Below, one piece after another: positions 1 to 6,885 of a DNA stretch of 10,236 bases (position 1 is its first letter; each line of letters starts with the position of its first letter). The translations under genes and the position numbers were made by a program. Source of the stretch: Escherichia coli (GTDB lineage Bacteria > Pseudomonadota > Gammaproteobacteria > Enterobacterales > Enterobacteriaceae). The notes beneath the pieces were generated by a model that saw only the letters and a program-made list of their open reading frames with translations, was not told the origin of the DNA and did no database searches. Location of the stretch: NCBI RefSeq assembly GCF_003334355.1, contig NZ_QOWP01000056.1; one strand, written 5' to 3'.

Positions 1-158
1 TCGAAACGTACTCTCAACAGTTCGCTTAGGCATGGAAGTTTTGCGGCATTCTGGCTACACAATAACAAGGGAAGACTTACTCGTGGCTGCAACCCTACTA
101 GCTCAAAATTTATTCACACATGGTTACGCTTTGGGGAAATTATGAGGGGATCTCTCAG
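1..158 (+). mobile_element. IS10 (Tn10-type, IS4 family), terminal segment ending in its inside-end inverted repeat. The element continues past the left window edge.
   Basis: The reverse complement of 1..158 begins CTGAGAGATCCCCTCATAATTTCCCCAAAGCGTAACC, which I recognise as the IS10 inside end. The + strand carries the transposase 3' end. Confidence 0.85.
2..145 (+). CDS. IS10 transposase, C-terminal 47 codons (5' part outside the window)
   Basis: Frame 2 is open from the window edge and reads [47 protein letters not shown], with TGA at 143..145, 13 nt before the IS terminus. It is absent from the ORF track because the window truncates it. Confidence 0.8.
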   Translation, partial: RNVLSTVRLGMEVLRHSGYTITREDLLVAATLLAQNLFTHGYALGKL

Positions 159-267
159 CACCCTGCGTGAGTTTCACGAGAAGCTGCGTGAACTGCTGAC
201 GACGCTGAATCTGAAGCTGGAACCGGCGGATGATTTTCGTGATGAACCGGTGAAGTTAACGGCGTGA
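159..267 (+). pseudogene. crl: crl 3' fragment (sigma-S-binding factor Crl) disrupted by IS10
   Basis: From 160 the frame reads [35 protein letters not shown] (TGA 265..267), the recalled C-terminus of Crl. The rest of the gene is displaced by the IS10 junction at 158/159. Confidence 0.85.
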
Positions 268-275
268 GTGAAATG

Positions 276-298
276 TGCCGGATGTATCACATCCGGCA
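276..298. terminator. Hairpin between the convergent crl and phoE genes (candidate bidirectional terminator)
   Basis: Perfect 10-bp inverted repeat TGCCGGATGT (276-285) / ACATCCGGCA (289-298) with a 3-nt loop, between the two stop codons. The flanking T-runs are weak. Confidence 0.5.
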
Positions 299-305
299 AT
301 ATCCA

Positions 306-1361
306 TTAAAACTGATAGGTCATGCCAACCGCGACAATATCATCATTATTAATATTCAATTTGTTATCGCTATCCAGTTGGTTGATTTTATAATCAACAA
401 ACGCTGACATATTTTTGTTGAAATAATACGTAGCCCCGACATCGATATAATTGACCAGATCTTCATCACCGATACCTTCAATATCTTTCCCTTTCGATAA
501 GACATAACCCAGCGATGGACGCAGACCAAAGTCAAACTGGTATTGAGCGACCGCTTCAAAGTTCTGTGTCTTATTGGCAAAGCCGCCAGTTATTGGCGTC
601 ATTTTGCGTGTTTCAGAATAAAAAGTTGCCAGATAAATATTATTGGCATCGTATTTCAGACCTGTAGCCCATGCTTCTGCACGCTTGCCTGTGCCACGGC
701 TTTGCAGGTTCTGCTCGTTGGTGCGATCTGAGTTGGTATAGGCCCCACTAATGGCGAAATCGCTGCCGCCAAAGTCATATGTCAATGACGTGCCGAAGCC
801 ATCGCCGTTTTGCTTTTTAACGTCGCGGTTTTCGTTTTTCCCTTGATATTGCAGGGTTAAGTTCAGGCCATCGATAACGCCGAAGAAGTCGGTGTTCCGA
901 TACGTCGCCAGACCGCTGGCGCGTTTGGTCATAAAGTTGTCGGTCTGCGCCGAGGAGTCGCCACCAAATTCCGGGAACATATCGGTCCAGGCTTCCACGT
1001 CATACAACGCGCCCAGGTTACGACCATAATCGAAAGAACCCAAATCTTTATATTTCAACCCGGCAAAAGCGAGACGCGTTTTTTGCTGTGCAGTATCACT
1101 CTCTGCTTTATTACCGGCAAACTCTGCTTCCCAACGACCATAACCAGTCAGTTGATCGTTAATTTGTGTTTCGCCTTTAAAACCAAAACGGATATAACTC
1201 TGGTCGCCATCTTTACTGTCGTTATCACTCATATAATGCATGGCTTTAACTTTGCCATAGACATCCAGTTTATTACCGTCTTTGTTATATATTTCTGCGG
1301 CCTGTACGGATGCAGATGCCACAATGCCCATCACCACTAATGCCAGAGTGCTCTTTTTCAT
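306..1361 (-). CDS. phoE: Outer-membrane phosphoporin PhoE
   Basis: ORF track 306..1367. It has the signal peptide [21 protein letters not shown], a porin body and the C-terminal ...VGMTYQF. I place the start at the second ATG (MKKST...), as in the known 351-aa protein. Confidence 0.97.
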   Translation of the reverse strand: MKKSTLALVVMGIVASASVQAAEIYNKDGNKLDVYGKVKAMHYMSDNDSKDGDQSYIRFGFKGETQINDQLTGYGRWEAEFAGNKAESDTAQQKTRLAFAGLKYKDLGSFDYGRNLGALYDVEAWTDMFPEFGGDSSAQTDNFMTKRASGLATYRNTDFFGVIDGLNLTLQYQGKNENRDVKKQNGDGFGTSLTYDFGGSDFAISGAYTNSDRTNEQNLQSRGTGKRAEAWATGLKYDANNIYLATFYSETRKMTPITGGFANKTQNFEAVAQYQFDFGLRPSLGYVLSKGKDIEGIGDEDLVNYIDVGATYYFNKNMSAFVDYKINQLDSDNKLNINNDDIVAVGMTYQF

Positions 1362-1441
1362 TTTCATTCCTGATTTTAATTAACGCGCGAATATTCAGCG
1401 GGAGAGTCCCGTTGAAAACAGGAAAGTTTTTAACCTAAGAT

Positions 1442-1460
1442 TGTTAAAGATATATTACAG
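1442..1460 (-). promoter_or_regulatory. Pho box (PhoB-binding site) of the phoE promoter
   Basis: The minus strand reads CTGTAATATATCTTTAACA, close to the Pho-box consensus CTGTCATA(A/T)A(T/A)CTGTCA(C/T). It lies about 80 nt upstream of the phoE start. Confidence 0.7.
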
Positions 1461-1497
1461 ATTAATAATATTCTTAAAATGTGGTAATTTAGTAAAT

Positions 1498-1516
1498 CTG
1501 TAATAAAAGCGTAAAC
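1498..1516 (+). promoter_or_regulatory. Second Pho-box-like sequence, inverted relative to phoE
   Basis: The + strand reads CTGTAATAAAAGCGTAAAC. It resembles a Pho box but points the opposite way. An upstream inverted element is reported for phoE (recalled). Confidence 0.4.
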
Positions 1517-1648
1517 AACTGCCGCTAGGCTTGCTGATCCCGCGCAACAAAACGCCATGCTTTGCTCGCAGATAGTTGGCAACCGACGACAGTCCTGCTA
1601 AAACGTTCGTTTGATATCATTTTTCCTAAAATTGAATGGCAGAGAATC

Positions 1649-2752
1649 ATGAGTGACAGCCAGACGCTGGTGGTAAAACTCGGCACCAGTGTGCTAACAG
1701 GCGGATCGCGCCGTCTGAACCGTGCCCATATCGTTGAACTTGTTCGCCAGTGCGCGCAGTTACATGCCGCCGGGCATCGGATTGTTATTGTGACGTCGGG
1801 CGCGATCGCCGCCGGACGTGAGCACCTGGGTTACCCGGAACTGCCAGCGACTATCGCCTCGAAACAACTGCTGGCGGCGGTAGGGCAGAGTCGACTGATT
1901 CAACTGTGGGAACAGCTGTTTTCGATTTATGGCATTCACGTCGGGCAAATGCTGCTGACCCGTGCTGATATGGAAGACCGAGAACGCTTCCTGAACGCCC
2001 GCGACACCCTGCGTGCGTTGCTCGATAACAATATCGTTCCGGTAATCAATGAGAACGATGCTGTCGCTACGGCAGAGATTAAGGTCGGCGATAACGATAA
2101 CCTTTCTGCGCTGGCGGCGATTCTGGCGGGTGCCGATAAACTGTTGCTGCTGACCGATCAAAAAGGTTTGTATACCGCTGATCCGCGCAGCAATCCGCAG
2201 GCAGAACTGATTAAAGATGTTTACGGCATTGATGACGCACTGCGCGCGATTGCCGGTGACAGCGTTTCAGGCCTCGGAACTGGCGGCATGAGTACCAAAT
2301 TGCAGGCCGCTGACGTGGCTTGCCGTGCGGGTATCGACACCATTATTGCCGCGGGCAGCAAGCCGGGCGTTATTGGTGATGTGATGGAAGGCATTTCCGT
2401 CGGTACGCTGTTCCATGCCCAGGCGACTCCGCTTGAAAACCGTAAACGCTGGATTTTCGGTGCGCCGCCTGCGGGGGAAATCACGGTAGATGAAGGGGCA
2501 ACTGCCGCCATTCTGGAACGCGGCAGCTCCCTGTTGCCGAAAGGCATTAAAAGCGTGACTGGCAACTTCTCGCGTGGTGAAGTCATCCGCATTTGCAACC
2601 TCGAAGGCCGCGATATCGCCCACGGTGTCAGTCGTTACAACAGCGATGCATTACGCCGTATTGCCGGACACCACTCGCAAGAAATTGATGCAATACTGGG
2701 ATATGAATACGGCCCGGTTGCCGTTCACCGTGATGACATGATTACCCGTTAA
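1649..2752 (+). CDS. proB: Glutamate 5-kinase ProB
   Basis: ORF track 1562..2752. The known protein starts [16 protein letters not shown] at the ATG at 1649. It has an amino-acid kinase fold plus a C-terminal PUA region. The N-terminal extension in the track is unlikely. Confidence 0.97.
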
Positions 2753-2763
2753 GGAGCAGGCTG

Positions 2764-4017
2764 ATGCTGGAACAAATGGGCATTGCCGCGAAGCAAGCCT
2801 CGTATAAATTAGCGCAACTCTCCAGCCGCGAAAAAAATCGCGTACTGGAAAAAATAGCCGATGAACTGGAAGCACAAAGCGAAATCATCCTCAACGCTAA
2901 CGCGCAGGATGTTGCTGACGCGCGTGCCAACGGCCTTAGCGAAGCGATGCTTGACCGTCTGGCACTGACGCCCGCACGGCTGAAAGGCATTGCCGACGAT
3001 GTGCGCCAGGTGTGTAACCTCGCCGATCCGGTGGGGCAGGTAATCGATGGCGGCGTACTGGACAGCGGCCTGCGTCTTGAGCGTCGTCGCGTACCGCTGG
3101 GGGTTATTGGCGTGATTTATGAAGCGCGCCCGAACGTGACGGTTGATGTCGCTTCGCTGTGCCTGAAAACCGGTAATGCGGTGATCCTGCGCGGTGGCAA
3201 AGAAACGTGTCGCACTAACGCTGCAACGGTGGCGGTGATTCAGGACGCCCTGAAATCCTGCGGCTTACCGGCGGGTGCCGTGCAGGCGATTGATAATCCT
3301 GACCGTGCGCTGGTCAGTGAAATGCTGCGTATGGATAAATACATCGACATGCTGATCCCGCGTGGTGGCGCTGGTTTGCATAAACTGTGCCGTGAACAGT
3401 CGACAATCCCGGTGATCACAGGTGGTATAGGCGTATGCCATATTTACGTTGATGAAAGTGTAGAGATCGCTGAAGCATTAAAAGTGATCGTCAACGCGAA
3501 AACTCAGCGTCCGAGCACATGTAATACGGTTGAAACGTTGCTGGTGAATAAAAACATCGCCGATAGCTTCCTGCCCGCATTAAGCAAACAAATGGCGGAA
3601 AGCGGCGTGACATTACACGCAGATGCAGCTGCACTGGCGCAGTTGCAGGCAGGCCCTGCGAAGGTGGTTGCTGTTAAAGCCGAAGAGTATGACGATGAGT
3701 TTCTGTCATTAGATTTGAACGTCAAAATCGTCAGCGATCTTGACGATGCCATCGCCCATATTCGTGAACACGGCACACAACACTCCGATGCGATCCTGAC
3801 CCGCGATATGCGCAACGCCCAGCGTTTTGTTAACGAAGTGGATTCGTCCGCTGTTTACGTTAACGCCTCTACGCGTTTTACCGACGGCGGCCAGTTTGGT
3901 CTGGGTGCGGAAGTGGCGGTAAGCACACAAAAACTCCACGCGCGTGGCCCAATGGGGCTGGAAGCACTGACCACTTACAAGTGGATCGGCATTGGTGATT
4001 ACACCATTCGTGCGTAA
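2764..4017 (+). CDS. proA: Gamma-glutamyl phosphate reductase ProA
   Basis: 417-aa ORF with GGAG 8 nt upstream, 11 nt after the proB stop (proBA operon). The sequence [21 protein letters not shown]... is recognised as ProA. Confidence 0.98.
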
Positions 4018-4021
4018 ATAA

Positions 4022-4086
4022 AACCGGGTGATGCAAAAGTAGCCATTTGATTCACAAGGCCATTGACGCATCGCCCGGTTAGTTTT
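4022..4086 (+). terminator. Candidate proBA terminator (long-range stem plus T-run)
   Basis: AACCGGGTGATGC (4022-4034) pairs with GCATCGCCCGGTT (4068-4080): 13 bp including one G.U pair, with a 33-nt loop, followed by AGTTTT. Confidence 0.4.
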
Positions 4087-4131
4087 AACCTTGTCCACCG
4101 TGATTCACGTTCGTGAACATGTCCTTTCAGG

Positions 4132-4207
4132 GCCGATATAGCTCAGTTGGTAGAGCAGCGCATTCGTAATGCGAAGGTCGTAGGTTCGACTCCTATTATC
4201 GGCACCA
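4132..4207 (+). tRNA. thrW: tRNA-Thr (anticodon CGU)
   Basis: 76 nt, GCCGATATAGCTCAGTTGGTAGAGCAGCGCATTCGTAATGCGAAGGTCGTAGGTTCGACTCCTATTATCGGCACCA. It has a cloverleaf, a CGT anticodon, a GGTTCGA T-loop and an encoded CCA. Confidence 0.97.
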
Positions 4208-4224
4208 TTCAAACATCTCCCCAA

Positions 4225-4308
4225 GTCTACTAAAGTCTTTCAAAACCCCTTATAATCCGCGTATTAAAGCCCCGTTCGTCTTTTGACGTCTACTAAAGTC
4301 CCTCAAAA
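4225..4308 (+). repeat. Two 21-bp direct repeats GTCTACTAAAGTCYYTCAAAA (4225-4245 and 4288-4308), candidate integrase arm-type sites
   Basis: 19/21 identical and 63 bp apart, between the tRNA (att side) and int. A third related copy GTTTACTAAAGTA lies at 5611-5623, just after int. Confidence 0.55.
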
Positions 4309-4319
4309 TCTACGGTCAG

Positions 4320-4370
4320 ATGGGGGTACTTATGGGGGTATTTGCTGTTCGGTTTAGTGGAGGTACCCCC
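4320..4370. repeat. GGGGGTA motif cluster: a tandem pair plus one inverted copy over the int 5' region
   Basis: ATGGGGGTACTT (4320-4331) and ATGGGGGTATTT (4332-4343) are in tandem. TACCCCC (4364-4370) is the inverted copy, between the int SD and the GTG start. Confidence 0.5.
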
Positions 4371-4372
4371 AA

Positions 4373-5587
4373 GTGAAACTCAATGCCCGTCAAATAGACA
4401 CAGCCAAGCCAAAAGAGAAGGCTTACAAGCTGGCCGATGGTGGCGGTTTGTATCTCTTGGTAAAACCTAATGGAGGTAAATACTGGCGACTTAAATATCG
4501 TGTAGCTGGTAAAGAGAAGCTATTGGCACTAGGTGTGTATCCTGAGGTTACTCTAGCCGATGCTCGGGCAAAACGTGAAGATGCGAAAAGAGGTATCGCT
4601 GGTGGTATCGATCCGATGGAAGCGAAACGAGAGGAAAAGATTGCCCGGGAAACGCAGTTAAACAACACCTTCAAAGATATTGCCCTTGAGTGGCACAGCA
4701 GCAAATTAAAAAAATGGTCTGCTGGTTATGCTTCAGACATCCTCGAAGCCTTCAACAAAGATGTGTTCCCTTACATTGGCAAAAAACCAATCGCCGAAAT
4801 CAAACCACTTGAACTTCTGAATGTGCTGCGGCGCATTGAGGGGCGCGGTGCTACAGAAAAAGCCAAAAAAGTGAGGCAGCGGTGCGGGGAAGTTTTCCGC
4901 TATGCAATAGTCACTGGTCGCGCAGAGTATAACCCTGCACCAGACCTTACTAGCGCGATGCAAGGCCATGAATCTAATCATTACCCTTTCCTTACAGCCA
5001 AAGAATTACCTGATTTTTTCAAGGCATTGTCCAGTTACTCAGGAAGCGCATTGGTTGTTATGGCGGCTCGTCTACTGATTATCACAGGCTTGCGGACTGG
5101 CGAACTACGTGGCGCATTATGGGATGAAATTGATTTCAACAAGGCTCTCTGGGAGATACCCGCTTCACGTATGAAAATGCGGCGGCCTCATATTGTGCCA
5201 TTGTCTGAGCAGGCTCTTTCGCTTATTGGGAAGATTAGAGAAATAACAGGCAATTACCCTCTTATGTTTCCCGGGCGCAATGATCCAAGGAAAACAATGA
5301 GTGAGGCCAGCATAAACCAAGTGTTTAAGCGCATTGGCTACGCTGGACGTGTAACTGGTCATGGGTTCCGGCACACTATGAGTACGATTTTGCATGAGCA
5401 GGGCTATAACACCGCGTGGATAGAAACGCAGCTCGCTCACGTTGATAAGAACTCAATTCGTGGCACATACAACCATGCGCAATATCTGGATGGAAGGCGG
5501 GAGATGCTTCAATGGTATGCCGACTATATGGATTCTCTCGAGCATGGCGGAAATGTGGTGCATATGGTGTTTGAAAAACACGCATGA
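4373..5587 (+). CDS. P4-family tyrosine integrase (tRNA-associated)
   Basis: 404 aa, GTG start with GGAGG at 4359-4363. The N-terminus MKLNARQIDTAKPKEKAYKLADGGGLYLLVKPNGGKYWRLKYR is typical of P4-type integrases. Catalytic contexts are GLRTGELR, HGFRHT and RGTYNHAQY. It lies directly beside thrW. Confidence 0.93.
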   Translation: MKLNARQIDTAKPKEKAYKLADGGGLYLLVKPNGGKYWRLKYRVAGKEKLLALGVYPEVTLADARAKREDAKRGIAGGIDPMEAKREEKIARETQLNNTFKDIALEWHSSKLKKWSAGYASDILEAFNKDVFPYIGKKPIAEIKPLELLNVLRRIEGRGATEKAKKVRQRCGEVFRYAIVTGRAEYNPAPDLTSAMQGHESNHYPFLTAKELPDFFKALSSYSGSALVVMAARLLIITGLRTGELRGALWDEIDFNKALWEIPASRMKMRRPHIVPLSEQALSLIGKIREITGNYPLMFPGRNDPRKTMSEASINQVFKRIGYAGRVTGHGFRHTMSTILHEQGYNTAWIETQLAHVDKNSIRGTYNHAQYLDGRREMLQWYADYMDSLEHGGNVVHMVFEKHA

Positions 5588-5635
5588 AACAACTGGACAA
5601 GTATACAGAGGTTTACTAAAGTATAGGGGAGTAGA

Positions 5636-5663
5636 TTGATAAAAACTCACAGAGGATTACTAT
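5636..5663 (+). promoter_or_regulatory. Candidate sigma-70 promoter for the spacer transcript
   Basis: TTGATA (5636-5641), a 16-nt spacer, then TACTAT (5658-5663). Transcription would start about 5670, just before the first boxB-like hairpin. Motif match only. Confidence 0.25.
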
Positions 5664-5673
5664 TTAACAGTTA

Positions 5674-5705
5674 GCCCTGGAGAAGGGCAATCGCTCTTTT
5701 AACAA
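5674..5705 (+). promoter_or_regulatory. nut-like module 1: boxB-like hairpin plus boxA-like sequence
   Basis: GCCCT-GGAGA-AGGGC (5674-5688) differs at one loop base from the recalled lambda nutL boxB GCCCTGAAGAAGGGC. After 3 nt comes CGCTCTTTTAACAA (5692-5705), which is rrn boxA TGCTCTTTAACAA with one extra T. Confidence 0.6.
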
Positions 5706-5725
5706 CGAAGATGGAATCTTCTACG

Positions 5726-5754
5726 CAGCTGAAAAGCTGGATGCTCTTTAACAG
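5726..5754 (+). promoter_or_regulatory. nut-like module 2: GNRA hairpin plus boxA
   Basis: CAGCT-GAAA-AGCTG (5726-5739). After 2 nt comes TGCTCTTTAACAG (5742-5754), a 12/13 match to rrn boxA. Confidence 0.6.
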
Positions 5755-5840
5755 CCTTTGGTGCTTTCCTGATGCAGGAAAGAATAGGGATACATGCACC
5801 TTTACAATGCATGTAATGATTCATCCATGAGGCTGCGGAT

Positions 5841-5870
5841 CGCTGACAAAGCGCAATTGCTCTTTAACAT
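5841..5870 (+). promoter_or_regulatory. nut-like module 3: P22-type boxB core plus boxA
   Basis: CGCT-GACAA-AGCG (5841-5853) is the core of the recalled P22 nutL boxB. After 4 nt comes TGCTCTTTAACAT (5858-5870), a 12/13 match to rrn boxA. Confidence 0.6.
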
Positions 5871-5952
5871 TGATGTGGGCGGGATGGTTCGTCCCGCAGT
5901 GACCGATAGATTTCTATCGGGAAACATACAATGATTCAAATATGAATCTACG

Positions 5953-5982
5953 GCGCTGACAAAGCGCAATTGCTCTCTTGCC
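5953..5982 (+). promoter_or_regulatory. nut-like module 4: hairpin identical to P22 nutL boxB plus a degenerate boxA
   Basis: GCGCT-GACAA-AGCGC (5953-5967) equals the recalled P22 boxB-left 15-mer. After 3 nt comes TGCTCTCTTGCC (5971-5982), with a GCTCT core as in lambda boxA CGCTCTTA. Confidence 0.6.
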
Positions 5983-5992
5983 TGCCCACCAT

Positions 5993-6019
5993 GCCCTGAA
6001 AAAGGGCGTTCTTTAAAAC
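5993..6019 (+). promoter_or_regulatory. nut-like module 5: hairpin identical to lambda nutR boxB plus a degenerate boxA
   Basis: GCCCT-GAAAA-AGGGC (5993-6007) equals the recalled lambda nutR boxB 15-mer. It sits 13 nt after the boxA-like TGCTCTCTT and is followed directly by GTTCTTTAAAAC (6008-6019). Confidence 0.65.
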
Positions 6020-6028
6020 TACTGGATG

Positions 6029-6046
6029 TCACGCCTAATAGCGTGA
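6029..6046 (+). promoter_or_regulatory. Hexaloop hairpin, possibly a phage-21-type boxB
   Basis: TCACGC-CTAATA-GCGTGA, 9 nt after the boxA-like 6008-6019. From memory the phage 21 boxB is a UCACC.../...GGUGA stem with a CUAACC loop. The resemblance is tentative. Confidence 0.3.
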
Positions 6047-6116
6047 TCCTGCCGAAATGCAGGGTAGCTCTACCCTTGTGGAGCAAACAAACCAAAACAA
6101 TCTGACTATCTTTTAT

Positions 6117-6152
6117 AAAAGACCGCAATATGTTTTTCATATTGTGGTCTTT
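6117..6152 (+). terminator. Strong hairpin / candidate terminator immediately upstream of alpA
   Basis: GACCGCAATATG (6121-6132), loop TTTTT, CATATTGTGGTC (6138-6149): 12 bp with one G.U pair on the + strand RNA. It is flanked by AAAA (6117-6120) and TTT (6150-6152). A G-free C/A-rich tract (6084-6103) precedes it. Confidence 0.5.
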
Positions 6153-6238
6153 GGCGTATTCGACATTTGATGCAAATAAAACTCTCGCCATTCGTTGCAG
6201 GAGGGAGTTATTGCGTCATTAGTACAGGATATTAATAA

Positions 6239-6442
6239 ATGGCTAATTACAATTCATTAATTCGTCTCTCTGAAGTTCAAAGGCGAACTGGTTATAGCAA
6301 AGCATGGATTTATCGTCTTATTAGTCAGGGGAGGTTCCCTAAACAGGTAAAAATTGGAAGTCGGGCAATTGCTTTTGTTGAGTCTGAAATAGATGAATGG
6401 ATTGAGAAGTGTATATTAGAATCTAGAGACGAGGTGGCCTGA
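6239..6442 (+). CDS. alpA: AlpA/Vis-family phage transcriptional regulator / excision factor (MerR-like HTH)
   Basis: 67 aa. LIRLSEVQRRTGYSKAWIYRLISQGRFPKQVKIGSRAIAFVESEIDEWI is the AlpA-family pattern. AGGA lies 10 nt upstream of the ATG. It is the first gene of a co-directional operon. Confidence 0.9.
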   Translation: MANYNSLIRLSEVQRRTGYSKAWIYRLISQGRFPKQVKIGSRAIAFVESEIDEWIEKCILESRDEVA

Positions 6443-6873
6443 TGGAAAAGAAAAACCGCCCATTACAGGCGGCTAATTCAGATATTCGCGTATCTGATGT
6501 TACGCCCCTGACAAAATCCCTTCAAGCACCAAAGCGCACACCGAAAAAGCATCGTGCCAGAGTCTATATGCTGCGTACTGGTATAGAGGGATGGACAGAA
6601 AATGACATTCTTCGCTACTGCCGTCTGTCTTCTGGTCGTAACTATGCAACAGAGTTAGAACGCCAGCTTGGAATCACTCTGGAGCGTATCGACGAAAAGA
6701 ATCCTGATGGTATCGGAACACACCTTCGCTACCGTTTCTCCTGCCGTGGTGATGTTCTGAAAGTGATCACTCATGTTAACCATCTTGCGAGCATAAATGA
6801 TCACAACGGACTTTCTCAGCAGGAAATTGCCGACATTCTGAAACTCTACCCGGACGCGTTTAACGCCGCCTAA
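6442..6873 (+). CDS. Hypothetical island protein (143 aa) with a basic N-terminus
   Basis: Its start overlaps the alpA stop (TGATG). No family recognised. Confidence 0.7.
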   Translation: MEKKNRPLQAANSDIRVSDVTPLTKSLQAPKRTPKKHRARVYMLRTGIEGWTENDILRYCRLSSGRNYATELERQLGITLERIDEKNPDGIGTHLRYRFSCRGDVLKVITHVNHLASINDHNGLSQQEIADILKLYPDAFNAA

Positions 6874-6885
6874 CGGAGACTGAAA

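Noticed and set aside
1562-1648. N-terminal extension of proB in the ORF track (and MKM... start of phoE at 1367; 8526 start of the icd-like ORF; 9508, 8891 and 7625 starts)
   Set aside because: Known protein N-termini or internal ATGs with good SD and stop-start coupling fit better. The longest-ORF starts are artefacts of the track.
356-4098. Numerous 60-130-aa ORFs antisense to or out of frame with phoE, proB and proA (for example 543-731, 1760-2161, 2221-2623, 3504-4098)
   Set aside because: They are fully nested in well-recognised conserved genes and are typical shadow ORFs.
4097-4118. Inverted repeat TTCACG-TT-CGTGAA just upstream of thrW
   Set aside because: It lies within the probable thrW promoter region of the conserved core. 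I have no basis to assign a specific regulator, and it is probably ordinary promoter context.
4423-5650. Short ORFs overlapping int on either strand, and 6962-7231 / 7709-7957 / 8159-8413 / 8529-8738 / 9832-10155 in the island
   Set aside because: They are nested within better-supported co-directional genes and have no SD or coupling signals.
5794-5934. 46-codon + strand ORF (MHLYNACNDSSMRLRIADKAQLLFNIDVGGMVRPAVTDRFLSGNIQ*) inside the nut-like array
   Set aside because: It is short, has only a marginal GGGA 3 nt upstream, and is built almost entirely from hairpin and boxA sequence. There is no independent support.
5660-6160. Possibility that the repeated hairpin units are a CRISPR array, a type III toxin-antitoxin RNA repeat or a retron msr/msd
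   Set aside because: The units are not regularly spaced and do not share one repeat sequence, so this is not a CRISPR array. No adjacent toxin, cas or reverse-transcriptase gene is present. The motif identity to boxA/boxB is far more specific.
5802-6191. 129-aa minus-strand ORF spanning the int-alpA spacer
   Set aside because: There is no SD-like sequence before its ATG. Its composition looks like random sequence. The 23-nt DNA repeat falls in two different frames. The region is better explained by + strand RNA motifs (boxA/boxB hairpins). It could still be called by gene finders.
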